DNA from: Selaginella moellendorffii
Lineage: Eukaryota > Plantae > Lycopodiophyta
Assembly (NCBI RefSeq): GCF_000143415.4
Contig: NW_003314329.1
Coordinates: 985,550 to 1,049,549 of the forward strand
DNA: 64,000 nucleotides
Direction of reading: 5' to 3'
Below are positions 48,665-62,301 of this stretch, piece by piece. How positions within the stretch are numbered: the stretch's first letter is position 1; each line of letters begins with the position of its first letter. The translations under genes were made by a program, and so were the position numbers. The notes below the pieces were generated by a model that saw only the letters and a program-made list of their open reading frames with translations, ran no database searches and was not told the origin of the DNA.

Positions 48665-51600
48665 TGTCGCGAATGTGACTTCAGGTATCGAAAGATATTT
48701 GTCGACCAGTCCTTACGGGCACTCTCTCCTTACTGCCACGACAGCAGGAGGTCGGTACTGCTGGTTCCCTTTGTGGTCTTTGCCCAAGCTAGTTGAGAAA
48801 CTAGTTAGCACATGTGCACTTAGACCGGAAGGGCACTAAGGAAGGAAATCCTAAGTTGTCATTAAGTCAAGCATACTTGACACGGTGATGAGAAACTCAT
48901 GATGTTGATTTGCACTTGCTAATGTTGGGAACCCCCGCGATATTGAGACTAATCCCTCAATATTCGCTAGATGATAGCTTACTGTGTTTGCCAAACACCC
49001 TCACTATCACGCCCTTTGTGTTGATCTCATTTCGGTCCCAAATGCTATTTAGGGAAAGTGTCTAGATTAACTCATTTGGCATATCTACGGAATGTAGAGA
49101 TTGGCCTGAACACAATGGTGTTCGTCCCGTGTCCAAATTCGCAATCTAAGGACATTCCATATTTAGTAAGTTTCGGACTTGTCCCAGAGACTAACTCCTG
49201 GTACTAAGGGAGGCTTGGGGTGAAAGCCCAAAGCGTGTGTCCCTCAAGGGGGGGGGGGGGGGGCTTTGGGGGGTTCCAAATGTATAGTAGGGATAGTGGT
49301 TGGAATGCATGTCTGACCACCTGAGAACAACAAGGAACAAGGTGTCGCTCCTTGTTCTGCGTCCGGCTTGGGTCTAAGCCCAAGCTCCACGCTGCTCTAG
49401 TCGGTGGAGTACCCTCCTCCTCCCGGGGTATGCCAAAATCGTGCCAGACTCCGTCTGACACCATTTTGCGTGCAAGTGTTGGATACGGGGAGCTGGTGCT
49501 CGTGGGATTGTACTGGACCCTTGTTTCGTAGCGCAACGGGCTTGGAGTTCGGCTCCAAATTCAGGTGCGCTACATTTGGTATCAGAGGAATTGTCTCAGC
49601 GATTCCTATCCAACTTTTGTCGGATTTTCTGACTCAAGTTGCATACGCAGAGACTTTTCTAGTAGATCCAAAGTGACCTGTGTAGGATTAGTTGGATTGC
49701 ACCATTCGGTAAGAACGTTGTATGCATGTTCAGTTACTGGTAGAGGCATGCATGCAGCTAGCGGGATGGTGAAACGGAACCGTGCTGATGACGCTGAAAC
49801 CTCTAGACAGGCAAATCGAGAGGAGGAAACTCCTGCTAGAGATGGTGCAGAAGAGGCAGAGGCTGAGTCAGAAGAGGAAGAGCCAGATGCTGCGGTGCTG
49901 TAGCAAACAGCTCAAGAAGTCGAGATCGAGAATTTGCGAAAGGAGATTCTCAAATTGAAGAAGGAGAACAAGAAGAGGAAGAAAGAGGCTGAGGTAACTA
50001 AACCAGCTAAGCCTAAGCAACCGAACTCCTCTTTGAGTTCTGAGGACGATGAAGTTCTGCAGCTGCCCCTGGTTGCACGAGTTTCAAAGTTCAAGCCCCC
50101 GAAACCACCCAACTTTAGAGGCATGCGGGACTATCAAGTTTTGGAAGACTGGGTCTACGATATGGAAAACTATTTCATAGCGGCAGACGTAGATGATCGT
50201 ACGAAAGTTGCGTGTGCGCAATCCTTTCTCACCGATCATGCCAAAACTTGGTGGCGCCAGGTGTGTGCTGAAAAAGGGTAGCCTAGAAGTTGGACCAAGA
50301 TGCGGTCTCGTATCCGTAAGGAATACTTGCCGGATGATCTTGGTCTGAGACTTCGCACGGAGCTGTGGCGGTTAAAGCAGCGAGGGGATCTCATGCATTA
50401 CGTTAATGCGTTTGCTCAGAAGCGCATTATGATTGCAAATATGAGTGACGAAGATGCTCGGAGTTATTTCCTGGAGGGTTTGAGTTCACTTTCTCATAAT
50501 GAGATTTTGAAGTTTAAGCCAAAGACGTACCTGGAGTGTAAGGAGGCGGCGCAGCAAGTTGCCTTTAGTCACTCGCTTATGGAACAATATCAGCAATCGT
50601 ATGCTGGTAACTCGGATAAGAATAAAAATTCTGGGAATAAACAAGGTGATCGGAAACAGAGGGTGGAAAGTAGGTTCTGCCCTAGAGGCTCACAAGCAAC
50701 GGTTAACAAAGGTGGTGGTGGTTGGAGACCACCAGCAGCTTCTTCTGGTCCTAGGCCCTCTGTTCCTCCTCCTGGTGGGTACAAGCAGCAGCAACCTGCA
50801 AAACTTGCTCCTAGCGGAACGGGTAGTGTGGGTCATTGCTTCCATTGTGGAGAGTCGGGACATAGGTCCTCGGAATGCCCCAACAAGCATAAGACAAGGT
50901 CTCGGGTTAATGTCATGAGGGAAGATGGTGGTGATGAAGCTGAAGGGGTTGACGAGTTGGTCAATGCAGACTATGAGGAAGAAGAGGTGAGTAACTTTCG
51001 TTGCTTTCCTCAAGCTTTTCTTGCAGTCAATGCAAACACTGATCTGTTGATGTATCTGGTAGGCTTTGTCCGTGGACACTGAATCCGAGTGATGATTGAC
51101 ACGGGAGCTACGCACAACGTGATATCCGAAGACTTAGTTAAGTTGTTAAGATTGAATGCTGAGCAAATGTCGCCTATGCACTTCCGGTTTGCGGAAGGTG
51201 GGCAAGTACCCAGAAAGTTTGTGAGTGATGTTCCAATAAAGATATCCAAGTGGAAAGAAAGAGTGGACTTGGTAGTGTTGAAGATACCAGATTTTCAGAT
51301 GGTGTTTGGTATGGATTTCTTCAACAAGTATATAAAAGGGATTTATGGTGCTGGACAAAGTCGAATCACATTGAAGTCAGAAGGACGTCCTGATGTATCC
51401 TTCCAGTTGCAAAAGCGCTCCTCAAAGGATTGGGATGCTAAGTTCTTGACTGCGAGGGCCGCTCAAAAAGCAGCTAAGAAGGGATGTCGGACCTTTTGGG
51501 TTCAAGTGATGGAAGCTGAGGGTATTGGTGACTCAGTTCGAATCGGCGACAGGGTTGATCCTGTACCAAAGAAGATATTGGAGTTGTTGGCGTGGAATCA

Positions 51601-54600
51601 GGATATCTTTCCGAAGGATTTACCGCCAGGGTTACCACCTAGCCGTGAGGTTGATCATTGGATTGAGGTTATTCCAGGTTCTAAACCACCTACGAAAGCT
51701 CCATATCGGTTGAACATCAAGGAGATGGCTGAACTCAAGAAGCAACTCACGGAGCTTCTTAACAAAGGTCATATCCGACCAAGCAAGTCACCTTATGGAG
51801 CGCTGGTCCTTTTCGTTATGAAAAAGGATGGAACCATGAGGATGTGTATTGACTATTGGGCACTCAACAAGATCACGGTCAAGAATAGTTATCCTTTGCC
51901 TCGCATTGATGACTTCTTTGACCAACTCTTAAAGGCTAAGTATTTTACGCGACTTGATTTGCGGTCCGGGTATCATCAGATACGGGTGGCAGATCAGGAT
52001 GTGGAGAAGACAGCCTTTAAGACTCAGTACGGATCTTATGAGTTCCTTGTCATGCCATTCGGGTTATGCAATGCTTCGGCAATGTTCAGCACTATGATGG
52101 ATAGAATATTCGGAGATTATCTGGACACATTTGTTGTCCTATATATCGATGATGTTCTGGTCTTCAGCGAAACGTTGGAGGATCATTTGAAACACTTGGA
52201 GCTGGTGTTTCAGAAGTTGCGCGAACACAAACTGTATGCTAAGGAAAGTAAATGCGCTTTTGGTCAATTGCACGTAAACTTTCTTGGACATATAGTTGGT
52301 GGTGGCGTGATTGAAGTCGATCCAAAGAAGGTGGAAGCGGTGAAGTCCTGGGAAGTCCCGACCACTATATCAGATGTTCGTTCCTTTCTCGGTTTGGCGG
52401 GATACTATCGCAAGTTTGTCCGCAATTTTGCAAGAATTGCTCTTCCGTTGACTGAGTTGACGAAGAGTAGTATTCCGTTTCATTGGACACCAGCTTGTTA
52501 GCGTGCTTTTGTACGGTTGAAGGAGATCTTGACTATGGTTCCTGTTCTCAGGATCCCAGATCTTGATAAACCCTTCGAAGTGCATTGTGATGCATTTGGT
52601 TATGCTATTGGTGCCGTGTTACAGCAAGATTGTGACAAAGCAGTTGGTGTTAAGCTAAAGCGACATGGTTGTCCCATTGCATTCTATTCCAAGAAATTGG
52701 ATGAAACCCAATGAAGATGGCCAATGCATGAGAAAGAGATGTTTGCTATAGTGTCGGCCCTGGAACACTAGAGACACTACTTGGGTGGACATACCAAGGT
52801 TTATACGGATAGTAACACACTAAGCTACTTTGCTACGCAGCCTAAGCTTACACCGAAGCAGGCTCATTGGCAAGAGAAGCTTGCCAGATATGATATTGAA
52901 ATCATATATAAACCTGGTAAAGACAATATTGTTCCGGATGCGTTGAGTCGTCAAGCTCAATTCCGGGCAATATCGGCAATCAGTCCAGATTGGTTGAAGG
53001 ACGTTCGGGCTTCGTATGGAAGTGATCCATTGGTGAAGGCAATCATATGCCATGCGGGGTTGTTGAAGCAGAGCCCTGGTAGCGAAGCAGCAAAAGTTGC
53101 TAGTCGCACTAATGCAAAGCTTCACTTCTCAATTCGAGATGGGCTTATATTCTATAAGCAAAAAAGATTGTATCTTCCCTCTAAGGATCGTTAGCAGTTA
53201 TTTTTGCGGGAACATCATGATGTTCCAGCAGCAGCACATGGTGGACAACGAAAGACTCTGGCTTCGTTGAAAAAGGGATTTTTCTGGTCTGGTATGGAAG
53301 GTGATGTAGCGGACTATGTCCGTTCCTGCCCTATATGCCAGCAATGTAAGCGCAAAGCTGAGAAACAGGCTGGAAAGTTGCAGTGCATTCCAGCACCGGC
53401 ATGGCCATTTCAAAGTGTGACACTTGATTTCGTCACTTGCTTGCCGAAGTCTAAGGGTTATGATACTTTGATGGTGGTTGTGGATCGGTTGTCGAAGATT
53501 GCACACTTCATTCCAACTGTAGGAACAGTAAATGCGAAACAAGCAGCAAAGCTCTTTTTCCATGAAGTGGTGCGAGTTCGTGGTCTTCCTGAAGAGATGA
53601 TCTCAGATAGAGATTCGAAATTTACAGGGAAGTTTTGGGGCACACTGTTCCAGCTGTTCGGTACCAAGTTGAAGTTTAGTACGGCTTATCATCCTCAAAC
53701 TGATGGGCAGACCGAACACGTTAATGCTCAAGTTGAGGATTATTTGCGGTACTATGTCGCGGCGGACCAACGCGACTGGGTGGAGCATTTGGATACAGCA
53801 GAAATATGTTATAACAACACATTTCACAACACTATAGGCTATTCTCCATGGGAGATGCTGCAAGGGAATGCTCGTGGGGTTCCTCAACAAATTGTTGTAC
53901 CAAAACCAATGTCCGAAATGTTGGTCCCAGCCATTGAGACTTATGCGGAGCAGCTACGCCAAGGTTGGTCTAGAGCTACTGAGGCGATGGGCAAAGCTCA
54001 GGATAGGTATCGACGTGATAAGGATCAGCATCGTCGGGATGTATCCTATCAAGTGGGAGATCAGGTGTGGCTATCTTCCCGGAACTTGAACATTAAGGGA
54101 TCTTTGTCTCGGAAGCTGTTACCGAGATATGTGGGACCCTATCGGGTGTTGAAAAGACTTGGTGATGTATCCTATCAGTTGGATATTCCTCACGAGATGT
54201 CCAGCCTTCATGATGTGTTTCATGTCAGTTTACTGGCCCCATATCATGAGGATCCTGGCTGCTCTAGGGATGTTTGTCCAGCTCTGGATGTTATTGATGG
54301 TGAACCAGAATATGAGGTTGAGGCCATCCTCTTGTCTCGTAAGGCCCGTGGTGGTCGTGCGAAGGAATATCTCGTTAAGTGGAAAGGTTACCCGACTTGT
54401 GAATCAACTTGGGAACCTCTTAGTAATCTTACACATGCCCGTGAGCTTGTCACGGAGTATGAGAATAATAATAAAAGATAGTTTTTGTAAATCTTGTAAT
54501 AAATCTTGCAAATTAATAAAGTAATATATTTCTCTAAATCAAAAGTGTCGTTTCTCTCATTCGTTCGTACTTGGGTCAGTTTTGGCAGATTGACTTCGGC

Positions 54601-56014
54601 ACTTCGGTACATGGGTCTAATCCATAACCATGGGGATACCTATTATAGACTGATCACAAGTCCCCGCCTCTCTCTCGATGACTTACTTTTGCAAAAGGGG
54701 CATGGTCGTGTAAACAACTTAATCTGCCAATCTATAATAATTGTCTAAATCTTCCCGACGGGGTTGATTTCTTGCTCAGGGGTAGTTGGGCCTCTGGCCT
54801 TCTCCCTATGTCCCTGCGGGCAGGGATGTATCATTCCTTTGTAAGCCGAGTGGTACTCGGAGCAGCAAGGGTGGCTAACTTTGTTAGTCATTTCCTTGTC
54901 GGTGACGGCCAGAGGGTGTCTGAGTCTTAACGTCTTTAGACGTAGAGGAGAGGTTGTTCCCTAACTCATTTAAGTCGGTGTGTTTCCCACATAGTGTGCT
55001 TTCCGTTAACTTTCGGAGTTTTTTCCTTGACGGTTTGCTAGACTCGGATATACATCGACGAGGACGTCGATCTTCCCCAAGGGGGGGAGAGTGTCGCAAA
55101 TGTGACTTTGGGTATTGAAAGATACTTGTCGACCAGTCCTTACGGGCACTCTCTCCTTACTGCCACGACGGCAGGAGGTCGGTACTGCTGGTTCCTTTTG
55201 TGGTCTCCACCCAAGCTAGTTGAGAAACTAGTTAGCACATGTGCACTTAGACCGGAAGGGCACTAAGGAAGGAAATCCTAAGTTGTCATTAAGTCAAGCA
55301 TACTTGACACGGTGATGAGAAACTCATGATGTTGACTTGCACTTGCTAATGTTGGGAACCCCCGTGATATTGAGACTAATCCCTCAATATTCGCTAGATG
55401 ATAGCTTACCGTGTTTGCCAAACACCCTCACTATCACACCCTTTGTGTTGATCTCATTTCGGTCCCAAATACTATTTAGGGAAAGTGTCTAGATTAGCTC
55501 ATTTGGCATATCTACGGAATGTAGAGATCGGCCTGAACACAATGGTGTTCGTCCCGTGTCCAAATTCGCAATCTAAGGACATTCCATATTTAGTAAGTTT
55601 CGGACTTGTCCCAGAGACTAACTCCTGGTACTAAGGGAGGCTTGGGGTGAAAGCCCAAAGAGTGTGTCCCTCAAGGGGGGGGGGGCTGTGGGGGGTTCCA
55701 AATGTATAGTAGGGATAGTGGTTGGAATGCATGTCCGACCACCTGAGACAATAGTTTGGCTCCCGCTGAGCTGTGTCGCTCCTTGTTCTGCGTTCGGCTT
55801 GGGTCTAAGCCCAAGCTCCACGCTGCTCTAGTCGGTGGAGTACCCTCCTTCTCGCGTTAGGCCACCGGTATGCCAAAATCGTGCCAAACTCCGTCTTACA
55901 CCATTTTGCGTGCAGGTGCTGGATACGGGGAGCTGGTGCTCGTGGGATTGTACCGGACCCTCGTTTCGTAGCGCAACGGGCTTGGAGTTCGGCTCCAAAT
56001 TCAGGTGCGCTACA
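48665..56014 (+). mobile_element. Full-length Ty3/Gypsy chromovirus family B, copy B2; LTRs 48665-49574 and 55092-56014; TSD GTGAT
   Basis: GTGAT at 48660-48664 and 56015-56019; PBS TGGTATCAGAG at 49577; PPT aagggggggagag 55079-55091. Confidence 0.95.
49766..54481 (+). pseudogene. B2 single-frame gag-pol with chromodomain, interrupted only by in-frame stop codons
   Basis: All ORF pieces (49934, 50300, 51089, 52517, 52781, 53204) share one frame; [48 protein letters not shown]...YLVKWKGYPTCESTWEP. Confidence 0.92.
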
Positions 56015-57852
56015 GTGATGGAGTCCGATATGGAGTCCAAGATGGACCGAGATGGAGTTTGATATGGAGTCCGAGATGGATCGAGATGGAGTCTGAGATG
56101 GAGTCCGAGATGGAGTCCGAGATGGACTCGAGATGGAGTCCGAGATGGACCGAGATGGAGTCCGAGATGGAGTCCGAGATGGACCCAAGATGGAGTCCGA
56201 GATGGAGTCCGAGATGGAGTCTAAGAAGGACCTGAGATGGAGTCCAAGATGGAGTCCAAGATGGAGTCCAAGAAGGACCCGAGATGGAGTCCAAAGTCGA
56301 GACTGAGACCGAGACTGAGACTGGGACCGAGACCGAGACTGGGACCGAGACCAGGACCGAGACCAAGACCGAGACCGAGGCCGAGGCCGAGACCGAGCCC
56401 AAGTCCAAGTCTGAGTCTGAGTCCGAGTCCGAGTTCGAGTCTAGGAGGGTGAAAGCCCAAAGCATTCGTCTCCCAGACCCTAGGGGGTTTGGTGAGCTCC
56501 AAAAGTATAGTAAGGGGGAAGACTCCAGTGGAGCCAGTTTGGCCAAGAAAGGCCAGTTTGGCCCAGGAAGGCTATGTCCAAGTGGTGGGTGACGGGATAA
56601 CCACTGGGAGGTCCAAGGCTAGAGTGAATATGGACTGTCAAGCAGAGTAGCTTGGTGAAGTGTTCAAGAGCCGGTGGGAGATCGAATGGTCAATGCTCCC
56701 AATCTGAGTATGGGTGGCACTACCTACTTGGATAGTTGGTGTGGCTCAATGGAACCTCACTCTAAGCCCATGGCTAGAGCACCAAAAGGTAGAAGGTGGG
56801 GAGAGTACCCATTAGGTTTGTGTAAGGCCACGGTGTTCCAAAATGTTGTCCCAAAGTCCCAGACTATAGAAAGGAAAAGGAGTGGTCCTTTGGTGTAGTG
56901 ACCAATGATACGGTCATATGGTGAGGAAGTCCCAGAGGACAGTGGGAGTTAGTGGTCAGGCCTATGGGCCTTGTCCCAGTGGCAATGTTGGTGAACACGG
57001 CCATGGGCAAAAAAAGGACTTGGAGGGGATTGTAAAAGGGATATTGGGGAAGGTTGTTTTTCATGTCTGCAGGCATCTTAAGGATGATAAGGAGTGGATC
57101 TTGGATAGTCACTTCTGAACGGATGGCCCAGTCTTTGAAAGACAGGACTGCGATGCAGGTGGTGTTGGACCACTGGTTTGACCAAGGTAAAGGGGCATGG
57201 CCTTAGTATAACGGGCTAGTATGTCGGTGGTACCTTGAGGTGTCGGTCTTGGGACCGGGCATGTGAAGCACTTGGACTAATTGCAAGGGATGAGTGGCAT
57301 AGATGCCATTCTTGGGGCTAGCAAGTCCCAAGTCTTGAATTGAACTTAAAGAGGTTGTGAATGAGACTCCTCCAAGTGGTCAAAGATGTGGTTAAGTGAC
57401 TAAAGTAGAATGGAAAAATCAGTCACTTACAACTTAATCATAAGACCTTCTAAATCCCAAGTCTTGGGTGCATCTCTTACTTTGGGAACCTAGGGGGAAA
57501 CACTATGGCTTAACAGCCTAGTATAGTACCTTTACTCCCCCACTTCCATCATGAAGGAAAAGCCTAAGCTCCTAAAGAGCAAAGACTAATGAGCTATATG
57601 GTGCTCAAATGGGGCACCATTCCACATGAGCCAAGAGCACTGTAGTTGGTTTCTTTTCCGAAAGTGAAAGTTGATCTTGAACACTTCCTTGGGTGGCCTC
57701 TCCGGCACCATTTGACTCCATGTTCACTCCCAACCAAAGCCCTTAACCCCCAATCTCAACCTCAAATCAATTTGGAAGCACCATTAAAAAGTTCCTTCAA
57801 AACTGATTTTTGAACCTTACTATCCCTACTATAGCCCCCTACAGCCCCCCAT

Positions 57853-60800
57853 AGGAAGGCTATGCCCAGGTGTTGGGTGACGGGATAACCACTGGGAGGT
57901 CCAAAGCTAGAGTGAATACGAACTGTCAAACGAGGTAGCTTGGTGAAGTATTTAAGAGCTGACTCTAGTTCCCCCGAGAGATCAAATGGTCAATGCTCCC
58001 AATTCGAGTGTGGGTGGCACTACCTACTTGGATACCTGGCATGGCTTAACGGAACCTCGCTCTAAGCCCATGGCTAAAGCACCAAAAGGCGGAAGGTGGG
58101 GAGAGTACCCATGAGGCTTGTGTAAGGCCACGGTGTTCCGAAATGTTGTCCCAAAGTCCTAGACTATGGAAAGGAAGAGGAGTGGTCCTTTAATGTAATG
58201 ACCAATGATACAGTCATGTGGTGAGGAAATCCCAGAGGACAGTGGGACTTAGTGGTCGGGCCTATAGGCCTTGTCCCAGTGGCAGTGTTGGCAAACACGG
58301 CCATGGGCAAAAAAGGGACTTGGTGGGGATTGTAAAAGGGATATTGGGGAAGGTTATTCCCCATATCTACAGGCATTTTAAGGATGCTAAGGAGTGGATC
58401 TTGGATGGTCACTCCTGGATAGATGGCTCAGTCCTTGAGAGACGGGACTGCGATGCAGGTGGTGTTGGACCACTGGTATGACCAAGGTGAAGGGGCATGG
58501 CTTTAGTGTAATGTGATAGTATGTCGGTGGTACCTTGGGGTGTCAGTCTTGGGACCGAGCACGTGGAGCACTTGGACTAAGTGCAAGGGATGAGTGGCAT
58601 GGGTGCCATTCTCAGGGCTAGCAAGTCCTAAGTCCTGAATTGGACTTAAGGAGGTTGTGAATGAGACTCCTCCAAGTGGTCAAAAGTGTGGTTAAGTGAC
58701 TAAAGTAGAATGGAAAAATTAGCCGTTTACAATTTGGTATTGGAGCTGTTCCTTAGTCCGACTTTTATTGGTGCTCAAGTATATCACCACTAGTGTTGGC
58801 ATCGGAAGGTCCTAGAAGTGGGCCTATTTGTGAAGAGTAGCAAGTCGGGAAGACATGGCTCTCCACTATAGTTTATGTGTAAACTGGTAGGTGAGGTAGT
58901 GGATAGAAAAAGGCCAATAATGGAACGACTTCGGGATCTTGGGAATAGTATGAGGTTTTCCTCAAAGAGTTGAGGATGTGATCCAGATGAACGTTTGACT
59001 TAGCAAACTGGCTAATGTAGTTGTGGTAAATAACTATAATTGGGATCACGGGAAAAATAAAGACTCCAAAACCATAAAGGAGTCACAAGATTATCCTCAT
59101 ATACCTGAGGTTAGTGCTTATGAATTTAAAACCAGAATTAATGACCGTGAAAGGTCAAATATGGAAGAGGACACAAGTCCTTGAAATGGTAGCCGAGGCT
59201 ACATTTGATAAATGCTTGAACAACCTAAGGAGTTAAGGGTGTACTTAGAGGATGAGTTGGTATTCTCATCACATGGACAAGTAATCCAAAGGGGCAAAGG
59301 TTGCCCCAGGGAACAACATCAAGTGTTGGAGTGACACTTGCAAAGATGGTCCTTGTGAGTAAGACATGAATACAAGAAGTTGTATTCCAGCAAGCTGACA
59401 CCTCAAATAGGACCTTATGGGTCATTGGATTTTAAAGTCCAAAAAAAAAAAAAAAATGCTAGATGACTCAAGTAGAGTCAAGGAATGGTCCTAAGGGATT
59501 GCTAAAAGCATTTGGACTAAGGTATGTTGTGCCCCACAAAGGTTGGGGAGGATCATAGGATCCAAGTATGAGAACAGTGAGTGTTTCATTGATAGCGGAA
59601 TATGCTATACTAAAGTTGTGGGGAAGGTGTCCCAGAAGAAAACAACTTTGATGCAAAGTTGTGAGTAAACTTTATGATGCAATGCTAACGGATAGTTGGC
59701 ATGAGAAAGAACTGTTTTGGTCTTGACAAGGACCTAAACACAAGTAAGAAGTGTCATAAAAGTAAGCTCATTGAGCTGATAGTGTGGAGACACCGAATAT
59801 GCCAAGGCGTGATGCCTTAAGGTGAGTTGGGGGATTCACGAGAACCCCTTCCCAAAGGAATCCTAGTGGAAATGGGAATAGCATAGCCCAAGTTAGAAGG
59901 CATGCAGTTGGAGTGTGGTGACCCAAATAATGATGGAGGTGTGGAAGCACCAGCAATGAGTTGTAAGACTTGACAACTATGAGGCAACTAAGCAAAAGGT
60001 GCAAAATAATCAGTTAAACTAGTAGCAGGTAACTACATAAGACTTCTTAATGGTATAAAGAAGTTAGATATACCCTTATGGGGGGAATAAATTGCTTATG
60101 TGCCAATATAGTAAGTCAATGTTGTAAAAAGGAATGCTCATTGGCAAAGATGCTATCATTGGGACACCCAAACACTCTAGAACACCAGGAGGTGTTGTTT
60201 GATGTCGCGAGGGCAATAAATAAGGCCCAAAGGACTAAGTCCTTAACAAATGATGGACAGAAGGTGTTATCCAAACGTCCAAGGTTGCAAAAACGAGAGA
60301 AGTCTGTCTACCCGAATTAGACAAAGCCAAAAATGGAATTTTGGCAAGGCTAGTGATGGGCATATAAAGGCCCATATATAGCAATATTAATTCTGGTGTG
60401 TGGGATTATAAGGTGAGCATACCCGGATTGAGGAACCACTCCCTAGGTTATTAGGTAGGTTCATCCCTAAGAATACTTGCTAAAACATGGTAGAAAGTGC
60501 AAAGCCATTCTCCTAGTTTGGAGGTGAATAACCGAAAGAAATGTGTGAGGCCAAAAGCAAGTAGTAAGGGGATAAAACCAAACCATAGGAATCGAAGAGC
60601 ATAACCAAGAGTGGTTATATCAGTTAGGAGTGGAGAATCAAGTGGGCGCTCGAGCATGTTATTATTAGCAACTATGGTGCTATGAAGAGTCTAAAGCATA
60701 GAATTGTCCAAGCTAAACCATATGGTAAATGGAAAGCTTGCGAAAGGAAAGGCCTTAGCAAGCTAAGGGACAAAGTTCCTTCAAGGTTCCCAAAGACAAT

Positions 60801-62301
60801 TCTAGGTAGTATAGTACCTAGAAAGCCAAGTGTAAATAGTCTATAGAACGTGCAAAATCAGAGTAGCGTAGCAAAAGCGTGGTCTTGAAGCTTGTCATAA
60901 GGTAATGCTATCAAGGTTGGGGAAGTAGTTCCCGAGTATTCAAAGGGATGACTTTGAACAAAAGTCGATGGTCAAGAACTTTCATGCTTATGCATGAAAC
61001 CATGTTACATTGGTCGAATGACTTACTAAACGAGAGTGGCAAGTAAGGGGAACAAATCCCCTAGTTGAAGGTGCTAACTTCAAAAGGGGTGGCCCATGGG
61101 GCCAAGTATGGAGGAGTCCATGCATGATCATAGACTTGTTAAGTGAGAGGACTTGGCAATTTGGAGGGACTAGGTTCCTAAGCTATGATCCGTAGCGCGC
61201 TTTGGAGATAAATTGGTGCACCAACGTGGGGAGTCATGCCAAGCATCTAGGGTGATGTCGTCCGTAGATGCATATACGGAGGTTGGGTTCAAGTCCCAAC
61301 CCTCCAGTGTTTGGGTTCAAGTCCCAAATCACTAGGGCGTGGTGATAGTTTGGAATATGAGGACATTCATATTTCGATGATCGTGAACTCTCAGTAGGGA
61401 GATTGGCTTGGGCACACTACCAAGCAGGGGATGCTCCGGAGTCGTGATGCATGGTTAGATTGCTTAGAGTGAAAGCTCAGCATATATAACTTAAAAACAC
61501 TTTGGTGCAAAGGGCACCAAAGACGTGGTGAATGAGATGGGGACACCCAATCTCAGTTGCTATGGATCCTTGGCCAAAAGGGCTGACTTGGGCGCACCGC
61601 CAAGTGTGGGGGATGCCCCTAGGGTCATAGTCAACAATTTAAAAGGGTCTAGAAGACTTTAGTGGTAGACCTGTTAAGGGGTTAAGATGAGGTCACTAGG
61701 TGATCTTGTGGCTAAACAAGGACAAGGTCTTTGTTTGGGTTAAGGAATATGATTCCTAGTTCAAAGTGTTGATTTGAACTATTGATAATGGTGTGGCTTG
61801 GTCAAGGTGACCAAGTGGGAAGGACACCTAAAGAGAAATCAGTTGTGCCAATACGATGGTATAATAAGTCTAAGAAAGTAGTCTCTAGGAGAGAGCTATG
61901 GGAGGGTCGCAAAGTTGGGCTGTGGACAAAGGCTGTAATAGAAAATGCTAAAGAAACCTACTAAGGGTGAGCACCCTCTGGATTTAGCAAAGTAGAGTTT
62001 TTGCTATGGAACCAAAAGGATACCTTGAAAATGGAGGTAGTGACCCTATGTTGCTTAGTGCAACAATCAACGAATAAAAGCAAAAGACTAATGGCCAAGT
62101 GTGGGCCATGAAGTTCATTAGAAAGAATCCAAGTGGCAAAGTTAGGCATGAAACACTAAGGTGTTAGATACTAACGGATTGTGAGACAGAAAGTATGCTT
62201 CCAAGGATAGATTCCCAAATGCTCTAAATTGGCAAAAGTGAAAGCTCCAAGGGAAAGAGCGGCAAAATAGCCAAATGATAAGACCATGGACAGCTCTAAC
62301 A
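57853..62301 (+). mobile_element. Truncated family-C element (C2): partial 5' LTR to 58731, PBS, internal region without recognisable ORFs
   Basis: LTR end ...gtttaca followed by tttggtattggagc PBS; internal region matches the reverse complement of 42627-44480 and 47400-48076. Confidence 0.7.

Larger units (their letters stand above)
48436..57431 (+). mobile_element. Family-C solo LTR with TSD ACTTA, itself split by B2
   Basis: ACTTA at 48431-48435 and 57432-57436; TGTGAG...CTTACA termini. Confidence 0.85.
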
